Shown piece after piece: positions 25,753-39,737 of a DNA stretch of 64,000 nucleotides. The stretch is taken from assembly GCA_045837725.1 (NCBI GenBank), contig JBEWZL010000011.1:558001-622000 (forward strand), written 5' to 3'. Made by a program: the position numbers and the translations under genes. The notes beneath the pieces were generated by a model. It was given only the letters and a program-made list of their open reading frames with translations. It was not told the DNA's origin and made no database searches. The stretch comes from Vermamoeba vermiformis. Taxonomy: Eukaryota. The stretch's first letter is position 1, and each line of letters opens with the position of its first letter.

Positions 25753-27127
25753 ATGTACTCATTGCAGTCAAGCCTAGTGTCTAGCAGCACTATAGACGAG
25801 ATTGAAGACTTGTTTCTCGTGCACAGATTCACCGAAGCACTTGCCAGATGCGAAGAAGAGCTTGCACAGTGTTTTAATTTCAAATTTAATTCATTAGATA
25901 ATACACCCGTCACAGACAAGCACTTGGTTGATGGCAGCATAAGACTCGTATCGTTGGTGATCCAAATCCTCTACGAATTGAAGAGGGCCAATGAAATTAT
26001 GCCTTTTGTTATTAATTTTTACGGTGGACTAGAACACGTGCCTTTTGGAATAATATACATGTGGTAAGCATCAGAAATAAGAAATAATTTTTAAATTTTG
26101 AAATTATTATTTTATTTTCAATTTGGCTAATCGAGCCATCTTTTCAATTAGCGCTAATAATATCATATATATACTACAAATATTTTATCGTACTATCAAA
26201 TCACTATCGCGTTGGCCTGTGATTAACGATCGCCACTCATTGCCTAATTTAGCATCAATCTGCAAGTGACACTGAACAATCTCGCGGAGGCTAAAAATAT
26301 CATTTTCCATTCACTGAACCGATTCACGCCCGTCGAGGTCTGGAGCAGCGAATTGGATTCCGATCACGTGCCGCAAGACGATTACGCGCAGCTCGTCGAG
26401 CTCTATTTGTTCCACGTGCTCGATCTCGACACCGCGCATCGGGTCATCTCCGGTGAAATCTCCGCGCAACGAATTCAACTCCCCGAGCACTCGCGCACTG
26501 AATTCGCGCAAAGAATACTGCAAGCCAAACAACGACAAGCGGAACAATTGACTGACAGTGCCACCGACATTCAAGCACCCGTTCATGAACCGAGCACCAC
26601 CAGTCACGTGGACAACAGTGCCACCACCACGGAGATCGTCAAGCCCAGCCGTTCAGGGAACGAGCCCAAAAAGGCAATTAATCGGTGGCACGCGACACGT
26701 GAGCGCGTGATTGACTATTTGGTCGACTTTGGACACTTCCGCGACCGCGACAGAGTACGTGACAGCAATTGCCTTATTTGGACATGTGTGCGGTGTACTG
26801 ATCGATCTATTTTTAGCTGTCGCACGTGCTGTCCAATCACAATCTCGTGATGAGTCTCGTGTCTCTGGCCGTGGCGGTCTTGTTGCTCTCACGCCGATCA
26901 CGTGCGCGCATCATTGGCCTCGTTCGGTACGTATTACTATATTTGGCAATCACCGTGCTGACATTCCCTAATTTAGGAAATTCTTCGCGTTCATCATGAG
27001 TCACGTGCACGAGCTGTGGTCCATGCTGACACTCGTCAACGGCCAGGCACCCCCGCCCCCACGTGCTGTCACTGCGAACCCCAGTTTGACACGTCCATTG
27101 ACACGTCGACTGCCCAACACGCGCTAA
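25753..27127 (+). CDS. Pex26/APEM9-like tail-anchored peroxin
   Basis: EDLFLVHRFTEALARCEE, LVIQILYEL...FVINFYG...VP and YAQLVELYLFHVL resemble Pex26 N-terminal blocks; hydrophobic segment plus basic residues near the C-terminus. Confidence 0.6.
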
Positions 27128-27377
27128 TTATAGCACTGTACATATTTGGTCATCACTCGCTGTAAATAAAACTGCTCTTTCTCGGTCAATATTCACTTGA
27201 TACACTAGGGACACTATATGGGCACTATATCACCTAGTATGGCTATTAATTGTTGCCATGTAACGCGACAGATCCGCTGCGCACTCAAAATTGTTACGAT
27301 AATGCACAAAATCAGCGGAGCTAAGCATTAATGAATGTTTTATTCGTCCTCGAGCACGCAACACGTCTCAATTAAAT

Positions 27378-29349
27378 ATGAAGTGCTTATATAGAGCCGT
27401 TCTAGTGTTATTGACACTCGCATTGCTCAGTTCCACACTGGCAGCGCGCACCACATCCATAACGGACTGCCAAGTGGTCATTGCAGGAGGCAGCACCGCG
27501 GCATTTGCAGCAGCGTTGTCTTCGAGCACATTCGTCAAGACCTGTCTTGTAAGTCTTAATTAGAGCTCTAAGATTGCGATCCGACTTTAAATGTCAAATG
27601 TGTAATTATTATTAAATAATATTGATATAGTAATAATAATGCCTATAATAATTATTACCTACGATGCAGCTCGAGCCCACAGATTGGGTCGGGGGACAGT
27701 TCACCAGTTCGGGACTCCCCGCCCCCGACTTTGCCTGGCACACCGTCAAAAATCCCGCTACGAATGCGACGGAGAATGTGGCGGAGATCGACAGAACAAA
27801 AGCAAACATTACGCCCAATTTGTATCACGTGCTGCAATCGATCGGTGACCCTGGTGCGTGTTGGGTGTCACCGTACTGCGCCACTTCTTTGCAGTATTTG
27901 CAGAAATTTCAAGAACTGATCGACGAAGCTGGTCCCAATCTGCAAATATTCTACAACACGGTCGTGAAAAATGTCACGACACGTCAATTGACAGGTCGCG
28001 AAGTGATCGTGTCACTGAGTGTCATTCAGCGCACTGCACGCAACGAGACAAAGTGCGGCGGTTACGACCAGTTTTTGAGCGCGGACTTGCCTGATTGGTA
28101 CAAGTGAGTGATCGATTGCCTTATTTGGAAATGTTATTTAACTAAATTCTCGGCAGTGTCAACGACTCACCGCGCTACACCAAGCACGTGCTCGAGTTCA
28201 AGGCACGTGACAGCACACCACTCATCTTCATGGACGCCACTGAATGGGGTGAATTGGTACGTACCTCGATTTGACACGTGTCACTCGCTGACCTCCACAG
28301 CTCGCAGTGAGTGACGCGCCCTATCTGCAAGGCATCGCGGAGAAATTCGACGGTGACACGAGTGGCCAGGGCAATGACACGTGCGGTCAATCATCAACCT
28401 TTGCAGTCTCGGCCAAGTTATTTCCTAATTTGGTTACTGAGCCCGCAAATCCCTACCCCGACCACTGGTCTGCAAATTACTTCTCGCTGACCGGCCACTC
28501 GTGGGACAGTGTGTGGACCTATCGGCGCATGACAGCTGCAAATAACGACTGGCAACATGCCAGCACGCATGATGTCACGCTGCAGAATTGGAATCCCGGC
28601 AATGACAATGCATTTGCGTACCTGTTGTTGACACGCAATGTCACGCGTCAACAGCGGAGTGACTGGCAGGGCGGTGTCAGCGTGCAATCTTTGCAGACAG
28701 CCGAGCACATGGCCTACGCGTGGCACTACTGGTTCAAGGCGCAAGCACCGAGCGACAAATTAGGCAAAATCAAGATGATGCGCGATCAGTTCGGCACCTG
28801 TCACGGCCTCAGCAAAGTGCCGTACATGAGGTACTGCGGTGCATGCATGGGCCTCGTATTGTACTGACCTCGCCTCGCAGAGACACGCGCCGATCGATCG
28901 GATTGGACCATTTCGTCATGAAAATCACTGAAATTTCGGGACTGCCCGAACAACGCGTCGGACACCAATACCGCGACAGGCTGGCCCTGGGCGCGTATCC
29001 AGTCGATGTGCACGGCCTGGCAGGGTGCCACTACCCCGCGTACATGAACCCCGGTCTGTATCAAGTGTTGCCGTTCTACATTCCACTGCGCGCACTGACC
29101 AATCAGCGCTATGCCAATCTGCTCGTGGCTGGCAAGACCATGGCCACTTCCTTTTTAGTAAATGCTGGTGCGCGGCTGCACCCCATCGAGTGGAGCTCGG
29201 GCACAGCTGCGGGGGTCAGTGCGGCGATGATGGCGCAGCTAAATTTAGACTCAACAACAGTGCTGCTCACTGCACACTTGGACAAGCTGCAACAGGTCAG
29301 CGCGCAGTACACCCCGCAGTGCTGGACTATCCAGGGCCAGTGCTACTGA
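27378..29349 (+). CDS. Secreted FAD-dependent oxidoreductase (FAD_oxidored-like family)
   Basis: Signal peptide; VVIAGGSTAAFAAA...LEPTDWVGGQ; DATEWGEL; PYMRDTRRSIG; PFYIPLRAL...NLLVAGK...RLHPIEWSSGTAAG. Confidence 0.85.
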
Positions 29350-29405
29350 CCCGTGCAATGGCTGCTGAGTGGCACTGTGAATAAATGCTTTATATTGCCA
29401 CCACA

Positions 29406-31465
29406 CTACGCGCACTTGGCTCTGACGCGCTGTCGGTACACGACGAGCAGCACGGCACTGAGCAGCACTGCCGCTCCGAGCACTGCACCCACCACTGCGC
29501 CGGCGATAGCTCCGTCTGTGAGTGCTGCATGGGAGGGGTTAGTAACGGCTGTAACGGCTGACTGCACCGTACCACTCGAGGGACTGTTGCTGGCACTGCT
29601 CTCCGCACTCAGCGGCGCACTCACAGTAGCCGCACACACTGCCGCGAGTGCGAGGGGATCACCGCGATAGAACAGTGTCGCATTGCCAGTGAGCCAGTCC
29701 GTCTTGTTCGTGTCGTACTGGTTCATGTTGCTGATCAGCCACGTGCTCGGTGCCACGGCAGTCGGGTATTGAAAGGTGCCTGCGAGCTGTGCGGGCCAAA
29801 ACACGGCGCTGACTGCCGCACAGCCGAGTCTGTCTTTGAGCTGCTGCATGTAGAGACTGGTCGGCAACACTGGCTGCTGCGTGCGCACATCACTGCAGTG
29901 CCAAGGGGGGTGAGTACGCTATATAGTATTTAGTATAACATATCGACTACGCACTTCCAGTACGAGCTGTTGTCCTTGCTGTTGCCCACGCACACGTTCT
30001 GACCAATCAGCGTGGGTCCCGCGCACTTGTACAGCCCTGGTGAGCCGTCCTCATACGCCACGTAGTTGTTCCACTGCACCGAGGTGACTGCGTAGTAGCC
30101 ACTGAAGGCGGCATTCCAACTCCAGTCCGTGCCCATCTCGCTGTACGTGGCCTCGAGCAGCTGGCCCGGGTACATGGCGCCGAATGCGTAGTACATCGGT
30201 CGCCAGGGCCGGATGTCCGTGCAGTGCGAGATAACCACGGCACTCGCGCTGAGCACGCTGTTGCTGGTGACAAAGTCGCGCGAGTACTGCGCTGCGACAC
30301 GGTGAATGAACAGCTGCGAGAGGTGATAAAGTCTGAAAGTCTGACGGATGTCGGGCTCGATCGATGCGATGGGATTGAACAGCGCCACGCAGTCCTCGAA
30401 GGTCCAGCGGCGCGAGTGCAGTCCCGAGCCCTGCAACAGCGTGCCAAAGTACTCGCTGACCACGTCCTTCACGAACACGTCCTGCACCAGTCCGTGCGCA
30501 TCGAACACCACGCCCAGATTGGGAGTGCCGCTCGGTCTGATGGCGCGCAGGTGTGCAAAGCCAATGTGATGCACGTAGACTGCACTGGCCTTGGACACGG
30601 TGCCCTGGTAGATCGGATAGTACAGCGGGGCCTCGAGTTCAATGTACTGCGCGGTGACAGCAGTGACGTGGCGCAAGACAGCGTGCCACCACACCGAGCC
30701 GTTGTACTGCACGTCACTGGCCCACTGCGCGGTGACGGTCAGATTGATGTGCACGTGATCGGACACTGCAAAGGCCGCGGTGCTGGCGAGGTAGATGCGA
30801 TACGCACCAGTGGGCACGTGCTGCGTGATGGCAGTGGCGTTGCTGAGTGTCACTTGGCGCCCATTCAGAAAGAAGCACGTGTCGTTGCACAGCAGCGTGG
30901 TGCCACCGAGACCGGAGCCAGCCCCGCGCAGGATGTAGCCCATTCTGTCCGCCAACTGCACCGCACCACTCGCCGTGCGCAGGTCATATGTCCCGGCCTC
31001 GAGTTGTATCACTGCCTTCCACCCTGCTGCATTGGTGGGCAGCGACAAGACAGATCCGATCGTCGCGATGAGATTGGCTGCATCAGTGCCATTGCCACTC
31101 GGAGCCAAGTGTATAATAGGCGCACCACCGCCATCCGTTGGCAATGCAGTGCCACCGCCTTCGAATCCAGCGTGCGAGAAGTCGGGAATGTTGTTGCCTA
31201 GAGCATCAGCGACGTAATGTAATTGGACATCAGCATTGCTGGAGCCAGTAGTGTATATATAGGGCACTGTTTGTACATTCAGCGTGGCTTGCCAGTCACT
31301 CTGCAGCAGGGCGGAGGCACGAGCAAGGCGCGCTTCAAAATCAGCTGCTTTGGACGGTGCAGCAGGACTCCACGGCTGATTGTAGCGCGGCTTGACCCAC
31401 GCATTGCCGTGCATTGCTAGGGCACACAGCACTATCAGCACTGTTGACGCGCGGATGGGTGTCAT
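29406..31465 (-). CDS. Secreted, membrane-anchored pectate-lyase-like beta-helix protein
   Basis: Signal peptide; GNNIPDFSHAGFEGGG, LEAGTY, LRGAG, PTSLYMQQLKDRLG; Ser/Ala stalk and C-terminal TM (GAIAGAVVGAVLGAAVLL); one intron near 29893-29953. Confidence 0.7.
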
Positions 31466-31849
31466 TGTTTAATTTGACAGGTTCTGAATCAATATAGTGG
31501 TGAAGATAGTGCAGTCCTGTTGTATGTTCGACAAGCAATATAATGTTATTAATTAACACACACTCCCGAGATTCCCGTATGACAGGCATCAACTGCCCTA
31601 TTATCCTGAGTCCTAGTTGCGTAAGCATTAGAAATCAGGGCATGGTACTGACATATAATGCCATGCAGGAAGTTAATCAGCCCTACCTAGTACCCTGAGG
31701 GATCTGACGATTCGCCAAGATTTCTTGACTTTGCTGGATCGAAGATGCTGCGTGATTCTGCGCGGGGTTGATTGCGTCTAGGAAAGCAGTTCATTTGTCA
31801 TAGATAATAGTATTAATAAAACGTACTCTTAATTTATTCGCATTCGTCT

Positions 31850-34800
31850 TTACAACTCGTCTTTGTTGTCTTCCTGTTCAGCTTGTTGCTGATTGGTCTG
31901 CTCAGCTTGTTCCTGATTGGTCGGCTGTTCTCCAGTCTCGCTCTCCTGTGCCGTGCTGTCCTCACTCATGCTATTATTAGCCTCAGTGGCACTCTCCGTC
32001 TCTTTCTTCACCACGCGCTTGGGTCGCATGATGAGTGCGCGCGTGCGACTCTGCACCAGGGCACATTTCTCCGCAATCTCCGCACTCGAGATGACAGGTG
32101 TCAAGTACTCGCCGTGCTCGCTCAGCCACGTGCTGCTGTCACTGCCCTGCATCAGCTGCGAGTGCAACGCTGCCACCAACTCGTCGCGTGCAGACTGCTC
32201 TTTGACACGTGTCTCGAGCCACTGTGTGGTCTCATCAACCAGGGCAAATAATTCCGCCACTTCGTCTTCAGTGACATTGCGCACCGCTGTCAGATTGCCA
32301 GTGACGACAGCACGTGTCAAATTGAGCACGTTGTAGCACTGTGTCACGTGCTCGCTGCGACGATCGACTTGCAGGACACGGTCTTTGACAGGTGTCACGA
32401 GGTCTTGAATGGACTTGATGCGCGCTTTGAGGTCTGCTTTTGACACTTTGTCACCCATGACGTCATCCATCCACGTGCTCACGCTGTCCAACACCTCGTT
32501 CAGGGCTGTTCGCTCGTGCGCGTAGCTGAACTTGACTAATTTGGTAGTGGCATCGTTGATCTGATCACGTGTCTCGTACAGCAATGACTCGATTTGGTTG
32601 CGCAGCGAATCGATTTCTTCGCGCTCTTTTTGCGCCGCTTGCAAAGCCTTCAGTTTGGCACTCGCTGCAGTCGCTTGTTTGACACTTCGGATGATCGGAC
32701 CCGTCGCTGTCACCTTCAGATTGACACGCACGACACGTGTCTTGAGGTTCTTCTGCGGCTGTTCGCTGCTATTTTGGGCAGTCTCTTCGGCAGTGTTCTC
32801 GGACTCGTGGCTATTATTAGCCTCCGTGTCCTCGCTGTTGCTATTATTAGCTTCAGCGTTCTCGGCGCTGTTCTCGGCCTCGGTGCTGTTATTGGCCTCG
32901 GTCTCCTTCTTCTCCTCGTCGCTATTTTTAGGCTCTTCAGTGACAGGTGTCTCGTAAGTCACGCTGTACTCGGCGTCGGCGCTGTCAAGTGTCACAATGC
33001 CACTCGGTGACACTTTGAAGGCCACGTGCACTTTGGGCCTGATTGGCTCGCCGTTCTGATCTTTCAGCGGAATTTCACTGATGCGATACATAGCCAAATT
33101 AGGCGACACACCGACTGGCAGCTTGCGATCTCCCGTGAGATTGTACGACAGCTGAATGTCAAACGCGTCACTCGAGGTCAAAAATGACACTGTCTTCTTG
33201 GAGCCCAGACGATGGTGTTCACTGAACAGATACATCTCTTTGCCATTTATGGCATCGTCAGCGAGTGCAGTGCTAATCTTAGCTTGTACGGGATAGCTGT
33301 TGAGATCTTTGACGACAATCTTGCGGCTGAGACGGTGTTGCGTGGACAGACTGGCGGCACTCATCGCGGCACCGAGCACTGCAGCTTCATCACCGTTCAA
33401 GTGCTTGTCGAGCGTGTCGCGCTGCAAGTGACGCTTCAGCAGCTCTTGGAACACGGGCACGCGCGTGCTGCCACCAATCAGCTCCACCGCGTAGAGTTGT
33501 TCCGCGGTGAGATCTGCGGCTTGGAGCACGCGATCGATGGCTGCAGTCACGTGACTGTACAGCGCTGCGGTCACTTGTTCGAATTCTTCGCGTGTCACGA
33601 CACCTGTCAAATCGCGACCTTCACCGTGCATGTTCTCCACCTGTTATTCCGCATTAATCACCATATTAGGCAATGCTGTCACGTGACACTCACCGTGAAG
33701 TGCGCCTCTTTGTTGGCTGTCAACACCTCTTTGACACGTTTGACTTGTTTGCGGGCCAGGGCCAGCGTGCGCGGTCTGTCTTCGAGACCCTTCACACCAT
33801 ATTTGGCAATCACGTGATTGAGAATGGCGTTGTCGAGATCACGTCCTCCGACCTCGACCCACTCGATCGATTTGACCGTGGCTTGACTGAAGTGCGTGGC
33901 CTTGTTGCTATTTTTGGTGTCTTTGTTGAAGGTCACCACACCGAACTGCGCGTGAGTCTCGCCCTGGTCGACGAACAGCACGTGCGCGGCACTGTCTTCG
34001 GTCTCCGCGCGACGATTCAACGCGTAGTGCACGGAGATTGCTCCGAGATCACTCTGCAGCGACAGGACTTTGAGACCAGCGGCCTCGGCAGCGAGTGTGA
34101 GTTCAGCCCTGGTCGACTGATCGAGCCAGTGCGGCACTGCAATCACGCAATCGATCACGTGACTGCCCACGAATCGATCGGTGAGTTGACTGATGCGACC
34201 GAACAGAATCGCCAACAGCTCCGTGCTGGTGTAGTTGGTGGGCAGCGCACTCTCAGTGACACCTGTCATTTGCAGATCTTTGAGAGTGACTGTCACGCGA
34301 CCCTCCTCGTCCAGTGTCAGTCGGTCTCTAAAAATAGCAACGCTGTTAGTACTGCATCGCGAGGATGGCTTTGGTTACGCACTTGTACGGCAGAACAGGG
34401 CCCCAGTGTTGCAGTACATCGCCCAGGGCGCGCTCTCGACCGGAGATTTCTTTCAAGAATGGAAATGTCAGGGACGGATTCCGCGAGCTCTGTTGGAAAA
34501 GTAGATCAGCCAATCATTCATATTTATTCAATAAATATTGGTATTATTATGTTTATATGGTCCTGGTGTCAATTATTGCATATTTATTGAATAAAAATTA
34601 GTTGTAGATCTGGTGACGTAATCAATTTCCAACGGATCGATTTAAATATAGCGTACCACTTGAGCTGCAGGGTCGCCAACAAACACTTCATCGAGCTCTC
34701 TAAATGCCACAATGAGAGGTGTTTTGCGGCCTGACTTCTCGTTCTCCACGATCTCGACACCGCCTGGCCGCACTACCGCGAGTTTGAAGTAGTGACTGCC

Positions 34801-34890
34801 CAGGTCAATGCCCAACACGAGCGATGTGACTTGGACGATAGGCACAAATAGGAATAGCGCTGCTAAGAGCCACAAGGAATTGAACCGCAT
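31850..34890 (-). CDS. HYOU1: Hypoxia up-regulated 1 / GRP170 (ER Hsp70-family)
   Basis: Signal peptide, VLGIDLGSHYFK, ELIGGSTRVP, HLNGDEAAVLGA, C-terminal KDEL. Confidence 0.92.
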
Positions 34891-35143
34891 CTGATATTTT
34901 CGATAAAATTAACGGCCTGTAATGAACGACAATGAGCTTGCGAGGGCTAGTGCAGTGTAATATGGCACTGAATATCAGCTCTTGAGGTATCAACAAGTCG
35001 ATCTTTAAAACAGTTTGGCTGCGTGAAAATTTTTGGTTTTGTAGTCTGACCACGTCACCGAATTGTCGCTTTGAAATTCTTATTTGAAGTGTGCAACACT
35101 CCGCACTGACACAACTAGGCGCGTAGTATATACACATATCAAT

Positions 35144-35634
35144 ATGAGCAGCAAGAAGGCACCAGCAGCTACGCCAGCCCTTGGATGGGGCAGATATTTT
35201 GTGCGCGGTAACAGCGAACTGAACAGCGAGGACGACAAAGAGCGACTGCAACTAGTGGTGCATTGGATCAGACAAGTGCTCGCGCTGTTGTGTGGCGTGA
35301 TCTGGGGCCTCTCACCGCTCTCTGGCTTCATTGGTCTCGCAAGGTACACTGCCGAGTCGTAAATAATATTAATACGCTTATTAATACGATCATTCGATAG
35401 CTTTATGGTCATCAACCTTGGTGCTATTTATTTTTATTACAACAAATATTTAATGCTGGATGAGACCGAGTTCGAAACAAAAGATCTGTTACAAGAGGGT
35501 CTAATGCCTTCATTCGCGAGCTTTTTGGTGCGTAATAATTAATTACACTAATAGCCCTCTTATTATCGAAAAATTGACACTCTCTTGTGCAGGTGACGTG
35601 GATCACGATCTACAATCTCAAACTCAACATGTAA
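35144..35634 (+). CDS. RAB5IF: RAB5-interacting factor / OPTI (C20orf24) family membrane protein
   Basis: VVHWIRQVLALLCGVIWG...GFIG, EGLMPSFASFL|VTWITIYN. Confidence 0.88.
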
Positions 35635-35807
35635 CATTACCTCTTAATAGCCACCAATATCAGCGCATTAAACACGTTCATAAAGTGTACATATTAACAA
35701 TAGCGATTATCATGTATAATGAGGCCTAACAGTGACAATCAATTTTTTTATTTACAAGTCAGATGCAGCTATGTTACAAGAGAAGTGCTGTAACGGCAAG
35801 GCCTATC

Positions 35808-36574
35808 TTAGCCCCTAGTGATGCGCAATATATATTAGAGTGGTTGCGTGCAGACAGTGACGTCAGATCTACTTACCACGCGGCAGTGTTGGCGTAATTG
35901 ATGACGAGCTTGCCATTGTTGTGAAAGCACTGCAATATATATTATACATTAATACGCGCACATGTGACTAGTGACATTGGCTCGAGGCACCAAGCCGTCA
36001 ACTACAACAAGCACTGCACGTACCTTGAACAGATCTGACACCGTCTCGTCGGGACTCGGCTGAAAACTCGCGTTGATGAACAGATACTGCACGAGGGATG
36101 AGTACACGTGTGCATATGAAACATATATAGCGTGCACGTACCAGGGGGTCTGTAGCGCTGAATTTGAGTTGTTTGCGCAAGAAGTCGATCACCGTTTGAA
36201 AAGTGGTCGTGGCGGTCAATTTGAACTTCTTCTGCTTCAATTCAGGGGCATTGCCTGTGTGCTTGAAGAATATCACCACTGTATGGCATAGTGAGCACGG
36301 TCAGTTGAGCACATTGGAATAACAGTTCGTGTAAGCAATTTGAAAAATATTAACCCAAAATGAATTCTAATTAATTCTGATTATTTAGCTGCATACCTTT
36401 ACCATCGGCCATGTATTCTGCAATAATAACAATGCATTTTAAAATTAGTAACGCGTCGTTAAGCGATATTACAAGTCACTCACCTTCAGCGGACTTGGGT
36501 TTTTTGTTCTCATCTTGCTGATCGAGTGTGGACTCTTGCAATGTCGATGTATCGAGCGCAGGATTGTCAGCCAT
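35808..36574 (-). CDS. ATG12: Ubiquitin-like autophagy protein ATG12 (includes micro-exons)
   Basis: GNAPELKQKKFK, YLFINASFQPSPDE, LVINYANTAAW|G*. Confidence 0.93.
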
Positions 36575-36784
36575 GTCTATTGCTCTGTCTCAGTGCTCAA
36601 AGGTGCAGTTGTGCTGCGTGCATTTCGTTTTTTCACTGTCTCGCGCAGTCCTCAGGCGATATCACCGCGCCAATACAAGTCTCGCCGCACTGACGAAGCT
36701 GCGCTCGCAGCGGCAATGTATTTCTTGTAGTCACCTGCCAACTTGCAAACCACCGATCATCTGTATTAAACGCACTCTAATCCA

Positions 36785-38619
36785 ATGGCGATGATTTGCT
36801 CCAGTAAGTCAAACAGATCTGGCCTCGTTGCTCTTTTGCTTTCGCTAAGAAAATTATCACGGCTGTGAAGGCCAATTATTACTCGATTAAAAATTAACAA
36901 TAATTATTGTTAGTCTCTGGCGAAGTTGCTGAGGACCCAGTCGTCACTAGAAACGGAGATGTATTTGAAAGGAGATTAGTTGAAAAATATATTGCCGCCA
37001 ACGGCGTAGATCCAATTACAAAAACTCCATTGACCAAAGAAGAATTGATTGCTATTAAAGGTAAATGGCCACAAAAATTATCGATTACGCACTCAGAACA
37101 GAAATGAAAAATTTATCGCATCCAAGAATAATTACCGAACGTTACAATAACACTGCTCGATATAATTATGTGCAAATCCATGTGAATATATTAATATATG
37201 CATAAAAATGCTCAATAACAACTGTATCGCGTTCGCCTACTGACAGATGTGTCTCGTTCAGTGAAACAAGGCGCTACAAGTGCCCCGCGCAGCACCACCA
37301 ACGGCACGTCCATTCCACAACTGCTGACGACCTTTCAGAACGAGTGGGACGCGCTAGTGCTGAGCGTGTTCAGTCTCAAACAGCAGCTGCTCACCACGCG
37401 TCAAGAGCTCTCGCAGGCACTCTACCAACACGACGCTGCGCTGCGTGTCATTGCGCGTCTGACACGTGAACGCGATGAAGCACTTGACCAAATTAAGAAG
37501 TTGTCAGCTTCAGGTCACGTGATCAGCGCTCAAGCCAGCCAATCACGCGGCGGCGATCAGATGGAGGTCGAGCCCGTGTCGCAGTACCCTGGACTGTCGA
37601 GCGAGGCCAAGACCAAGTTCACCAAGCGCTCGCAAGAGCTCTCAGCTGAGCGCAAGAGCCGCAAGGCCCCCAGCACACTGGCCCCCGTCGAGTACATCAA
37701 GTCCATCAAGTCTGTCGCGCACATTCCCCCGCACAAGACCTCCGTGCCGGGAGTGACGTGCCTCGATGTGCACGGCGATCACGTGGTCACAGGTGGTGCG
37801 GACAACACAGTGGTGCTGCTCAGCAATCAAATGCAGCGCACTGGTGAGCGCATCAGCGGTGTGGTGAGCAAGAAGGACGCTGTGTTGAGCGGACACAGCA
37901 AGCGCGTGAACAAAGTGAAATTTCATCCCGAGTGGAGTGCCGCACAAGATGTCATTGTCAGCTGCAGTCAAGACAGCACAGTGCGTGTTTGGCGCGAACA
38001 GAAGGAGGCCCACGTGATCAGTGCGCACCAGGGCTCAGTGACCGACATTGACATTCACTGCGTGGGCGATCACGTGCTCGCGACGAGCAAAGACGGTCAC
38101 TGGTCGCTGTCAGATCTGCACACGGGCCAGACCCTCGTGCTGACAGCTGGTCAGAGCGGATTCAGCGGCTGTTCCTTCCACCCCGACGGTCTCATCTTCG
38201 CCACGGGTGGTGACGACGGAGTGGTGCGCGTGTGGGACGTGAAGAGCAACAAGAACGTCGCCAACTTCGAGGGCCACAAGGGCTACGTGACGGCACTGAC
38301 CTTCAACGAGAACGGCTACTTCATGGCCACAGCGGCAGAAGAAGATCAGGTGATCAAGCTGTGGGACTTGCGCAAGCCCAAGAACTTGACCACGCTCAAA
38401 CTCGACGCCCCTGCCACGGCACTCAGCTACGATTGGTCCGGCGTCTACCTCGCAGTGGCCACTGGTCACGAGCTGCGCGTGTTCACGGGCAAGAACTTTG
38501 AGCACGTGCACACCATGGACGAGCACACCTCGCTGGTGACAGGTGTCAAGTGGTTGTCACGTGATGCCACTGCCCTTGCCTCGACTTCGATGGACAGAAA
38601 TCTTCGATTCTGGGCTTAG
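36785..38619 (+). CDS. PRP19: Pre-mRNA processing factor 19 (U-box + WD40)
   Basis: MICS|ISGEVAEDPVV...FERRLVEKYI...DPIT; SIPQLLTTFQNEWDA...RQELSQALYQHDAALRVIARL; WD40 repeats. Confidence 0.96.
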
Positions 38620-39460
38620 TTTTTGTAATAACAATGCTCGAATGCGAGTATAATGTGAAAGAAAAATAATAAAACTTTTGAAAACAGCGAACAACGGATG
38701 TGGGTCTTAAAGTCCCTTTCCTTCCGCAACACGTCAGCAATGTAACTCCGAACGATTAGTCGGTTGAGTTGCAAATACCCGAACGTTGTACACTTTCGTT
38801 ATTGAACGAGAGGAGGTTGCAAAATCACACAAAATTAGAGAATTTCTCTGCATTTTGGAAATTATTCGCTAATTTACGCGCAATGATACAACACACAACA
38901 CCGGTATATTAGAATACCGAAATAACTCACTCCCGTCACGTTAGTGAGTATGCCTCATGAATTAGATACGGTCGTTCAAGACATGTAGCGGAGTATCAAG
39001 CGGATCTGCCCAGACACAAGGTACAAACTAAATTTTATTACTTGCAAGATTTGTGCGCTGCTAAATTAACCTTGCGCGCGATATCAGTTTTGATACAAGA
39101 TTTTGTTAGTATCTTAATTAGTAAATCGGTTATAATGATTTACAAAATATTTTGTCTTTAATTTGAACTAATCTGGCAAAACGCGGGTCCTTTGACCAGC
39201 TAGATTTCAAAGCCCTGGCTTGGCGCGGTGTAATTAACGCGAAATTGCCCGCCTAACCGCCACTTGCATTTACAATGTTAATTAAAATAGTTCAACGTTC
39301 ACAAACGCAGCACGTGCTCTTGCCTAATTGAGCCAAATTGCAGCGAGTGACCTTAAAATTCGCTAAAAATTGGCAATATCTTTCCTTAACAGGCGCGAAA
39401 GGAACAAATCATTTTGATCTTTTGAATTTGCTAACCGCTTGCCTCCCTAACCGATCATCG

Positions 39461-39535
39461 CCAAATTAGGCAAATGAGCCACGTGACTGTTCTACACGAT
39501 AAATAGCGACTGACTGCCAGTGTTCATCATTCATT
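39461..39535 (+). promoter_or_regulatory. Putative promoter cluster (CArG box, E-box, TATA-like, Inr-like) upstream of the G8 gene
   Basis: CCAAATTAGG 39461-39470, CACGTGAC ~39480, ATAAATA ~39499, TCATTC ~39526, followed by a likely 5' UTR. Confidence 0.35.
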
Positions 39536-39737
39536 CCTCAACAACAACACTAGTGACTAGCCACTACTACGCGGTCAGTCGTCTATTCATTCATTGTTGT
39601 TACAAGAAGGCACATCTGTTGTTCGTACTCAATCTGCTGACTCCTCTTCTGTTTTGAGCTGTTGGCCTATTAGCTACGAACAACGATACCCCTAGCTGTA
39701 ATTAGTGTATATATCATACTCAGACTCAAGCTTCATC

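Noticed and set aside
27201-27240. Small inverted/direct repeat (ACTAGG...CACTATAT x2...CCTAGT)
   Set aside because: Too short to distinguish from chance; no target-site duplication or second copy seen
30224-34590. Long antisense ORFs (30224-31201, 33212-33817, 33673-34590; also 40657-41514)
   Set aside because: Shadow frames of GC-rich real genes on the opposite strand, with no recognisable domains
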